Part shown: positions 1 to 9,833 of the stretch, one piece after another | Layout: each line of letters starts with the position of its first letter | Numbering within the stretch: position 1 is the stretch's first letter | NCBI GenBank assembly: GCA_964016885.1 | Contig: OZ024754.1 | Span: 21,390,001-21,454,000, forward strand | Reading direction: 5' to 3' | Origin: Eledone cirrhosa | Taxonomy: Eukaryota | DNA length: 64,000 bases | The notes under the pieces: model-generated | What the model saw: the letters and a program-made list of their open reading frames with translations, nothing else | What the model was told of the DNA's origin: nothing | The model's database searches: none | Position numbers and translations under genes: made by a program

Positions 1-673
1 GTTAAGTATATACTATATTAACTAGTTTTAATAAATCGTCTAGATATTAAGTATATACTATATTAACTACAGTTTTAATAAATTATCTAGATGTTAAGTA
101 TATACTATATTAACTACAGTTTTAATAAATTGTCTAGATGTTAAGTATATACTATATTAACTACAGTTTTAATAAATTATCTAGATGTTAAGTATATACT
201 ATATTAACTAGTTTTAATAAATTGTCTAGATGTTAAGTATATACTATATTAACTAGTTTTAATAAATTGTCTAGATATTAAGTATATACTATATTAACTA
301 CAGTTTTAATAAATTGTCTAGATGTTAAGTATATACTATATTAACTACAGTTTTAATAAATTGTCTAGATGTTAAGTATATACTATATTAACTAGTTTTA
401 ATAAATTGTCTAGATGTTAAGTATATACTCTATTAACCACAGTTTTAATAAATTGTCTAGATGTTAAGTATATACTATATTAACTACAGTTTTAATAAAT
501 TGTCTAAATGTTAAGTATATACTATATTAACTACAGTTTTAATAAATTGTCTAAATGTTAAGTATATACTATATTAACTACAGTTTAAATAAATTGTCTA
601 GATGTTAAGTATATAGCGGAGATTACTGGTTATATGAATGTAACAAAACGAGACAATGTTTGTGTATATAATA

Positions 674-679
674 TTTAAT
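674..679 (-). terminator. Putative LTR polyadenylation signal ATTAAA
   Basis: Minus strand ATTAAA about 60 nt from the LTR 3' end, followed by CA dinucleotides and a T-rich stretch. Motif evidence only. Confidence 0.35.
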
Positions 680-893
680 TAACGGTAGATAGAATACTTG
701 ACATGTCAAAGATAGATGTTAGAATGAAACAAAGTTAGTAGTTACCGTTTTGATTGCCAGGCAAATGCGGCTGGCAGAGGGCGCCTGGCTAAGGCCAGGC
801 GCCTGTTGGCCAAATTAATGGCAGAGCCAAATGAGAAGACTCTTGACCTGGTGCCGAAAAGGCAAAGAGAGAGAGGAAGCTTAAAGTTGTTAG

Positions 894-900
894 TTTTATA
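894..900 (-). promoter_or_regulatory. Putative LTR TATA box (equivalent in every LTR)
   Basis: Minus strand CCCTATAAAA about 80 nt into the LTR, with a pyrimidine-rich CTCTCTCTCTTT tract about 25-30 nt downstream. Confidence 0.5.
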
Positions 901-978
901 GGGCTCTCACCGGAAGTTGCAGAAAGGGTTCCACTTCCCGTCTAGATCCCAATCAAAACAAGGGAGACAACCGCTACA

Positions 979-991
979 TAACCTCCCGCCA
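979..991 (-). promoter_or_regulatory. Polypurine tract (plus-strand primer site)
   Basis: Minus strand TGGCGGGAGGTTA lies immediately before the TGTAG start of the 3' LTR. Confidence 0.7.
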
Positions 992-1854
992 GAATTTTAG
1001 TGTATAAAAATCGAAATGAAAATATGTAGCAAGTTGGCGAGAATGTTGTAACAGGCATGAAAATTACGACAAAAGAATGTTTGGAAAAATCAATGATAGA
1101 TATCAAGGTAGCCAACCGCTCTTGGCCAGAGAACGACTGGACATCCATCTATCCATCACCCAAAGATACAATGTAATAAAGTAAAAGTAATAAAAGAGCT
1201 CAAAGTTCAAAATATAGTTCACAGGTGTGCAATCACATGACAGCGGGAAAGAAAGTGTTCCAGAGAATGAATGCAGGTGGTTTCTGTTCTGTGGTATATC
1301 GTGAAATTTCCAACCTCCGAATGGATTTTCTCACAGGAAGAGTGCTGCAAAAATAAATTCTCTGGCTTTGGTGAAGCTGTGTTGATGTATTGCTGTTGCT
1401 GTTATATTGCTGTTGCTGCTGCTGTTGTCTCGCTGAGTGAGCGTATTCGGTGTTTAAATTCACAGTAAAAAAATTTTTTTTTAGAAAAAAATGAGTTGCG
1501 CAAAGTGCTAGAAATAGCAGCCGAAGTTGATGGTCGATGTTGAGAATGCGTTGACCTGGAAGGGTCAAGAGGCCAGCGACCAGAGAAATAAGCATTCTTA
1601 ATAAATGCGCGGTTATCAACGGTAAATTTACATTGTAAATTTATAAACCGGCAAATAGAAGAATATAGCTTAAGGCTGAAGAATCCCTGGTGATAAATGG
1701 CGTGCGGCTGTCTGTGAGAAGAGACATCTCAGTGAATCAAGAATTTATGCTGCCTACACGTGCCAATACAAGGTTGAAAAAAAATATTTCTAACGCGCGA
1801 GAAAATGATAGTGCAATTTTGAAAGTGACAATGATGAAATGTTTTTTAAAGAAT

Positions 1855-1860
<6 letters not shown>

Positions 1861-1897
<37 letters not shown>

Positions 1898-2020
1898 GTT
1901 TTGAAAGAGTTCGTTGTAAGAAACGAGAAACATATATATATATCGTGAAATGTTTTTTTTTTGTTTTGAAAGTGTTCGTTGTAAGAAACGAGAAACATAT
2001 ATATATATATTGGTGAAATG
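1861..2020. repeat. Poly-T (35 nt) plus 65-bp internal tandem duplication in the LTR element interior
   Basis: GTTTTGAAAG(A/T)GTTCGTTGTAAGAAACGAGAAACATATATATAT occurs at 1898 and 1963, each preceded by a T-run. Confidence 0.85.
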
Positions 2021-2219
2021 CGACAGTTAATTGATGCGTGAGAGAAAAAGTATGTCTGTGCGAATTCCACATGTGCGTGTGTGCGTGTCCTTGAGTATTT
2101 TCATAGTTTGTCGCTAAATTTGCTGTGTATTCGTAATGTTACTCACAAAACCAGATGTGCTATTTTTTTCTTTTTTTGGGGGGGTGACCACTTATAGCGA
2201 TGAACGGCTGCGTGTTCGT

Positions 2220-2237
2220 ATCACGTCGGGGTCACCA
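2220..2237 (-). promoter_or_regulatory. Primer-binding site complementary to the 3' 18 nt of tRNA-Trp (present in the 6 complete copies)
   Basis: Plus strand reads ATCACGTCGGGGTCACCA, the 3' end including CCA of metazoan cytosolic tRNA-Trp as recalled. It lies 1 nt from the LTR. Confidence 0.9.
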
Positions 2238-2238
2238 A

Positions 2239-2605
2239 TATAGCGGAGATTACTGGTTATATGAATGTAACAAAACGAGACAATGTTTGTGTATATAATA
2301 TTTAATTAACGGTAGATAGAATACTTGACATGTCAAAGATAGATGTTAGAATGAAACAAAGTTAGTAGTTACCGTTTTGATTGCCAGGCAAATGCGGCTG
2401 GCAGAGGGCGCCTGGCTAAGGCCAGGCGCCTGTTGGCCAAATTAATGGCAGAGCCAAATGAGAAGACTCTTGACCTGGTGCCGAAAAGGCAAAGAGAGAG
2501 AGGAAGCTTAAAGTTGTTAGTTTTATAGGGCTCTCACCGGAAGTTGCAGAAAGGGTTCCACTTCCCGTCTAGATCCCAATCAAAACAAGGGAGACAACCG
2601 CTACA
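2239..2605 (-). repeat. 5' LTR of copy 1 (367 bp)
   Basis: Followed on the minus strand, after 1 nt, by the PBS TGGTGACCCCGACGTGAT. Confidence 0.93.
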
Positions 2606-3274
2606 AGTATATACTATATTAACTACAGTTTTAATAAATTGTCTAGATGTTAAGTATATACTCTATTAACCACAGTTTTAATAAATTGTCTAGATGTTAA
2701 GTATATACTATATTAACTACAGTTTTAATAAATTGTCTAAATGTTAAGTATATACTATATTAACTACAGTTTAAATAAATTGTCTAGATGTTAAGTATAT
2801 ACTATATTAACTACAGTTTTAATAAATTGTCTAGATGTTAAGTATATACTATATTAACTACAGTTTTAATAAATTGTCTAGATGTTAAGTATATACTATA
2901 TTAACTACAGTTTTAATAAATTGTTTAAATGTTAAGTATATACTATATTAACTACAGTTTAAATAAATTGTCTAGATGTTAAGTATATACTATATTAACT
3001 ACAGTTTTAATAAATTGTCTAGATGTTAAGTATATACTATATTAACTCCAGTTTTAATAAATTGTCTAGATGTTAAGTATATACTATATTAACTACAGTT
3101 TTAATAAATTGTCTAGATGTTAAGTATATACTATATTAACTACAGTTTTAATAAATTGTCTAGATGTTAAGTATATACTATATTAACTACAGTTTTAATA
3201 AATTGTCTAGATGTTAAGTATATACTATATTAACTAGTTTTAATAAATTGTCTAGATGTTAAGTATATACTATA

Positions 3275-4135
3275 CTAGCAGTAAAGCCCGGCGTTGCTCA
3301 GGGTCGCTCAGTAGCTGTGTTAAAGTTACAATGTTAAGTTTCTTTCTTGGCTTAAAAACTATAGTGTCTACTGTGCAGACTTGCATGTGGTGTTTTTGAT
3401 TAATATTCCCTCAACCAACAATATGCCTTATGAAGTTAAGAAAACATAACGATAACCCGAATGTTATAACAAAAGAGGATGCTGGGGATAGAAACTGCAC
3501 TGGTTATTTATTAACAAAGATCGAAAATGTAAACACTGCAACGCAGAGAAAAACATTAACGTAACCAAATTATCAGTTATGTCTGTCTGCACGCCTATAT
3601 CACCTCTCTGCACGACTGTCTGTCTGCACGCCTATATCACCTCTCTGCACGACTGTCTGTCTGCACGCGTATATCACCTCTCTGCACGACTGTCTGTCTG
3701 CACGCCTAACGACGAAATATTTGCTTGTTTTACGTAGTCTTTAAATAGACTTGTTTTCAAGTAAAAATATTGTTTTAAGATGCTTTTAAATGGAAATGAA
3801 GCAAAACGGAAGCTTAGTGTTCGAACTGATGAATTTTGGAGGTCAATATTTTGCTGGCTCGACAACTGTTAAAGCCAGCGTAATTTTTCACGTAAGACGC
3901 TCAATGTAAACAAAACAAAGGGAAATAACTGATAACTTACGCTCAAAAATCGATACATTATATTCGATTTCGTCACATAGGGTGGGTCAATTTGAAATTT
4001 TTTTTTTCCGATTTCTTCGCTAGGGCTCAATGTACAAGTATAGCAATTTCGGTGCAATTCCGTGAGAGATTCTAAGAGGAGATGTGTGCCAAAAATCGAT
4101 AGACAGACAGACAACCACAGTTTTATATATATAGA
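3275..4135 (-). mobile_element. Non-autonomous Helitron (861 bp), subtype A, copy 1
   Basis: Minus strand starts TCTATATATATAAAA followed by a (GTCT)n microsatellite, and ends CCCTGAGCAACGCCGGG-CTTTACTG-CTAG (GC hairpin 12 nt from the end). Removing it restores the satellite TACTATA|TTAACTA: an A|T target with no TSD, as expected for Helitrons. Confidence 0.9.
3581..3708. repeat. 37-bp minisatellite (~3.5 copies) inside the Helitron
   Basis: GTCTGTCTGCACGCCTATATCACCTCTCTGCACGACT three times plus a partial copy. Subtype B has an extra 16 bp (GTCTGTCTGCACGACT). Confidence 0.92.
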
Positions 4136-6309
4136 TTAACTAGTTTTAATAAATTGTCTAGATGTTAAGTATATACTATATTAACTACAGTTTTAATAAA
4201 TTGTCTAGATGTTAAGTATATACTATATTAACTACAGTTTTAATAAATTATCTAGATGTTAAGTATATACTATATTAACTACAGTTTTAATAAATTGTCT
4301 AGATGTTAAGTATATCCTATATTAACTAGTTTTAATAAATTGTCTAGATGTTAAGTATATACTCTATTAACCACAGTTTTAATAAATTGTCTAGATATTA
4401 AGTATATACTATATTAACTACAGTTTTAACAAATTATCTAGATGTTAAGTATATACTATATTAACTAGGTTTAATAAATTGTCTAGATGTTAAGTATATA
4501 CTATATTAACTAGTTTTAATAAATTGTCTAGATATTAAGTATATACTATATTAACTACAGTTTTAATAAATTGTCTAGATGTTAAGTATATACTATATTA
4601 ACTACAGTTTTAATAAATTGTCTAGATGTTAAGTATATACTATATTAACTACAGTTTTAATAAATTGTCTAGATGTTAAGTATATACAATATTAACTACA
4701 GTTTTAATAAATTGTCTAGATGTTAAGTATATACTATATTAACTAGTTTTAATAAATTGTCTAGATGTTGAGTATATACTCTATTAACCACAGTTTTAAT
4801 AAATTGTCTAGATGTTAAGTATATACTATATTAACTAGTTTTAATAAATTGTCTAGATGTTAAGTATATACTATATTAACTAGTTTTAATAAATTGTCTA
4901 GATGTTAAGTATATACTATATTAACTAGTTTTAATAAATTGTCTAGATGTTAAGTAAATACTATATTAACTACAGTTTTAATAAATTGTCTAAATGTTAA
5001 GTATATACTATATTAACTACAGTTTAAATAAATTGTCTAGATGTTAAGTATATACTATATTAACTACAGTTTTAATAAATTGTCTAGATGTTAAGTATAT
5101 ACTCTATTAACCACAGTTTTAATAAATTGTCTAGATGTTAAGTATATACTATATTAACTACAGTTTTAATAAATTGTCTAAATGTTAAGTATATACTATA
5201 TTAACTACAGTTTAAATAAATTGTCTAGATGTTAAGTATATACTATATTAACTACAGTTTTAATAAATTGTCTAGATGTTAAGTATATACTATATTAACT
5301 ACAGTTTTAATAAATTGTCTAGATGTTAAGTATATACTATATTAACTACAGTTTTAATAAATTGTTTAAATGTTAAGTATATACTATATTAACTACAGTT
5401 TAAATAAATTGTCTAGATGTTAAGTATATACTATATTAACTACAGTTTTAATAAATTGTCTAGATGTTAAGTATATACTATATTAACTCCAGTTTTAATA
5501 AATTGTCTAGATGTTAAGTATATACTATATTAACTACAGTTTTAATAAATTGTCTAGATGTTAAGTATATACTATATTAACTACAGTTTTAATAAATTGT
5601 CTCGATGTTAAGTATATACTATATTAACTAGTTTTAATAAATTGTCTAGATGTTAAGTATATACTATATTAACTGCAGTTTTAATAAATTGTCTAGATGT
5701 TAAGTATATACTATATTAACTAGTTTTAATAAATCGTCTAGATATTAAGTATATACTATATTAACTACAGTTTTAATAAATTATCTAGATGTTAAGTATA
5801 TACTATATTAACTACAGTTTTAATAAATTGTCTAGATGTTAAGTATATACTATATTAACTACAGTTTTAATAAATTATCTAGATGTTAAGTATATACTAT
5901 ATTAACTAGTTTTAATAAATTGTCTAGATGTTAAGTATATACTATATTAACTAGTTTTAATAAATTGTCTAGATATTAAGTATATACTATATTAACTACA
6001 GTTTTAATAAATTGTCTAGATGTTAAGTATATACTATATTAACTACAGTTTTAATAAATTGTCTAGATGTTAAGTATATACTATATTAACTAGTTTTAAT
6101 AAATTGTCTAGATGTTAAGTATATACTCTATTAACCACAGTTTTAATAAATTGTCTAGATGTTAAGTATATACTATATTAACTACAGTTTTAATAAATTG
6201 TCTAAATGTTAAGTATATACTATATTAACTACAGTTTTAATAAATTGTCTAAATGTTAAGTATATACTATATTAACTACAGTTTAAATAAATTGTCTAGA
6301 TGTTAAGTA

Positions 6310-7552
6310 TATAGCGGAGATTACTGGTTATATGAATGTAACAAAACGAGACAATGTTTGTGTATATAATATTTAATTAACGGTAGATAGAATACTTGAC
6401 ATGTCAAAGATAGATGTTAGAATGAAACAAAGTTAGTAGTTACCGTTTTGATTGCCAGGCAAATGCGGCTGGCAGAGGGCGCCTGGCTAAGGCCAGGCGC
6501 CTGTTGGCCAAATTAATGGCAGAGCCAAATGAGAAGACTCTTGACCTGGTGCCGAAAAGGCAAAGAGAGAGAGGAAGCTTAAAGTTGTTAGTTTTATAGG
6601 GCTCTCACCGGAAGTTGCAGAAAGGGTTCCACTTCCCGTCTAGATCCCAATCAAAACAAGGGAGACAACCGCTACATAACCTCCCGCCAGAATTTTAGTG
6701 TATAAAAATCGAAATGAAAATATGTAGCAAGTTGGCGAGAATGTTGTAACAGGCATGAAAATTACGACAAAAGAATGTTTGGAAAAATCAATGATAGATA
6801 TCAAGGTAGCCAACCGCTCTTGGCCAGAGAACGACTGGACATCCATCTATCCATCACCCAAAGATACAATGTAATAAAGTAAAAGTAATAAAAGAGCTCA
6901 AAGTTCAAAATATAGTTCACAGGTGTGCAATCACATGACAGCGGGAAAGAAAGTGTTCCAGAGAATGAATGCAGGTGGTTTCTGTTCTGTGGTATATCGT
7001 GAAATTTCCAACCTCCGAATGGATTTTCTCACAGGAAGAGTGCTGCAAAAATAAATTCTCTGGCTTTGGTGAAGCTGTGTTGATGTATTGCTGTTGCTGT
7101 TATATTGCTGTTGCTGCTGCTGTTGTCTCGCTGAGTGAGCGTATTCGGTGTTTAAATTCACAGTAAAAAAATTTTTTTTTAGAAAAAAATGAGTTGCGCA
7201 AAGTGCTAGAAATAGCAGCCGAAGTTGATGGTCGATGTTGAGAATGCGTTGACCTGGAAGGGTCAAGAGGCCAGCGACCAGAGAAATAAGCATTCTTAAT
7301 AAATGCGCGGTTATCAACGGTAAATTTACATTGTAAATTTATAAACCGGCAAATAGAAGAATATAGCTTAAGGCTGAAGAATCCCTGGTGATAAATGGCG
7401 TGCGGCTGTCTGTGAGAAGAGACATCTCAGTGAATCAAGAATTTATGCTGCCTACACGTGCCAATACAAGGTTGAAAAAAAATATTTCTAACGCGCGAGA
7501 AAATGATAGTGCAATTTTGAAAGTGACAATGATGAAATGTTTTTTAAAGAAT

Positions 7553-7595
<43 letters not shown>

Positions 7596-8303
7596 GTTTT
7601 GAAAGAGTTCGTTGTAAGAAACGAGAAACATATATATATATCGTGAAATGTTTTTTTTTTGTTTTGAAAGTGTTCGTTGTAAGAAACGAGAAACATATAT
7701 ATATATATTGGTGAAATGCGACAGTTAATTGATGCGTGAGAGAAAAAGTATGTCTGTGCGAATTCCACATGTGCGTGTGTGCGTGTCCTTGAGTATTTTC
7801 ATAGTTTGTCGCTAAATTTGCTGTGTATTCGTAATGTTACTCACAAAACCAGATGTGCTATTTTTTTCTTTTTTTGGGGGGGTGACCACTTATAGCGATG
7901 AACGGCTGCGTGTTCGTATCACGTCGGGGTCACCAATATAGCGGAGATTACTGGTTATATGAATGTAACAAAACGAGACAATGTTTGTGTATATAATATT
8001 TAATTAACGGTAGATAGAATACTTGACATGTCAAAGATAGATGTTAGAATGAAACAAAGTTAGTAGTTACCGTTTTGATTGCCAGGCAAATGCGGCTGGC
8101 AGAGGGCGCCTGGCTAAGGCCAGGCGCCTGTTGGCCAAATTAATGGCAGAGCCAAATGAGAAGACTCTTGACCTGGTGCCGAAAAGGCAAAGAGAGAGAG
8201 GAAGCTTAAAGTTGTTAGTTTTATAGGGCTCTCACCGGAAGTTGCAGAAAGGGTTCCACTTCCCGTCTAGATCCCAATCAAAACAAGGGAGACAACCGCT
8301 ACA
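6310..8303 (-). mobile_element. Non-autonomous LTR element, copy 2
   Basis: Offset +5698 from copy 1, with the same TSD and flanks. Confidence 0.93.
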
Positions 8304-8972
8304 AGTATATACTATATTAACTACAGTTTTAATAAATTGTCTAGATGTTAAGTATATACTCTATTAACCACAGTTTTAATAAATTGTCTAGATGTTAAGT
8401 ATATACTATATTAACTACAGTTTTAATAAATTGTCTAAATGTTAAGTATATACTATATTAACTACAGTTTAAATAAATTGTCTAGATGTTAAGTATATAC
8501 TATATTAACTACAGTTTTAATAAATTGTCTAGATGTTAAGTATATACTATATTAACTACAGTTTTAATAAATTGTCTAGATGTTAAGTATATACTATATT
8601 AACTACAGTTTTAATAAATTGTTTAAATGTTAAGTATATACTATATTAACTACAGTTTAAATAAATTGTCTAGATGTTAAGTATATACTATATTAACTAC
8701 AGTTTTAATAAATTGTCTAGATGTTAAGTATATACTATATTAACTCCAGTTTTAATAAATTGTCTAGATGTTAAGTATATACTATATTAACTACAGTTTT
8801 AATAAATTGTCTAGATGTTAAGTATATACTATATTAACTACAGTTTTAATAAATTGTCTAGATGTTAAGTATATACTATATTAACTACAGTTTTAATAAA
8901 TTGTCTAGATGTTAAGTATATACTATATTAACTAGTTTTAATAAATTGTCTAGATGTTAAGTATATACTATA

Positions 8973-9833
8973 CTAGCAGTAAAGCCCGGCGTTGCTCAGG
9001 GTCGCTCAGTAGCTGTGTTAAAGTTACAATGTTAAGTTTCTTTCTTGGCTTAAAAACTATAGTGTCTACTGTGCAGACTTGCATGTGGTGTTTTTGATTA
9101 ATATTCCCTCAACCAACAATATGCCTTATGAAGTTAAGAAAACATAACGATAACCCGAATGTTATAACAAAAGAGGATGCTGGGGATAGAAACTGCACTG
9201 GTTATTTATTAACAAAGATCGAAAATGTAAACACTGCAACGCAGAGAAAAACATTAACGTAACCAAATTATCAGTTATGTCTGTCTGCACGCCTATATCA
9301 CCTCTCTGCACGACTGTCTGTCTGCACGCCTATATCACCTCTCTGCACGACTGTCTGTCTGCACGCGTATATCACCTCTCTGCACGACTGTCTGTCTGCA
9401 CGCCTAACGACGAAATATTTGCTTGTTTTACGTAGTCTTTAAATAGACTTGTTTTCAAGTAAAAATATTGTTTTAAGATGCTTTTAAATGGAAATGAAGC
9501 AAAACGGAAGCTTAGTGTTCGAACTGATGAATTTTGGAGGTCAATATTTTGCTGGCTCGACAACTGTTAAAGCCAGCGTAATTTTTCACGTAAGACGCTC
9601 AATGTAAACAAAACAAAGGGAAATAACTGATAACTTACGCTCAAAAATCGATACATTATATTCGATTTCGTCACATAGGGTGGGTCAATTTGAAATTTTT
9701 TTTTTCCGATTTCTTCGCTAGGGCTCAATGTACAAGTATAGCAATTTCGGTGCAATTCCGTGAGAGATTCTAAGAGGAGATGTGTGCCAAAAATCGATAG
9801 ACAGACAGACAACCACAGTTTTATATATATAGA
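8973..9833 (-). mobile_element. Helitron subtype A, copy 2
   Basis: Offset +5698 from copy 1, same termini and flanks. Confidence 0.9.

Larger units (their letters stand above)
612..978 (-). repeat. 3' LTR of copy 1 (367 bp)
   Basis: Identical by eye to 2239-2605. Preceded on the minus strand by the PPT. Confidence 0.93.
612..2605 (-). mobile_element. Non-autonomous LTR retrotransposon (TRIM-like, 1994 bp), copy 1; probably Ty3/Gypsy, CsRn1-like
   Basis: Direct repeats at 612-978 and 2239-2605 (367 bp). Minus-strand termini are TGTAGCGG...CCGCTATA. AGTA TSD at 608-611 and 2606-2609. tRNA-Trp PBS follows the 5' LTR and a PPT precedes the 3' LTR. The 1260-bp interior has no recognisable gag/pol ORF. 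The clade call is inferred from the Trp PBS plus 4-bp TSD. Confidence 0.93.

Noticed and set aside
1560-1640. Possible integrase C-terminal remnant (minus frame ...KFTVDNRAFIKNAYF...)
   Set aside because: The resemblance to Gypsy integrase tails is too weak to support without a profile search.
942-2072. Short ORFs (60-144 aa) in the LTR element and its copies
   Set aside because: They overlap on both strands, run through poly-T/poly-A and microsatellites (poly-K/F/Q), shift frame as the homopolymer length changes, and show no gag zinc knuckle, protease, RT or integrase motifs.
2181-2228. 47-bp spacing of the duplicated PBS junction equals the satellite monomer length
   Set aside because: There is no sequence similarity to the monomer, so this is treated as coincidence.
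2200-2237. tRNA-Trp gene or tRNA-derived SINE
   Set aside because: Only the 3' ~32 nt are present, with encoded CCA and no D-arm or anticodon arm. The position next to the LTR identifies it as a PBS.
3674-4114. 63/93-aa and 81-aa ORFs in the Helitron
   Set aside because: No Rep (HUH) or helicase motifs. ORF length changes with the minisatellite indel, and recurrence simply reflects DNA duplication.
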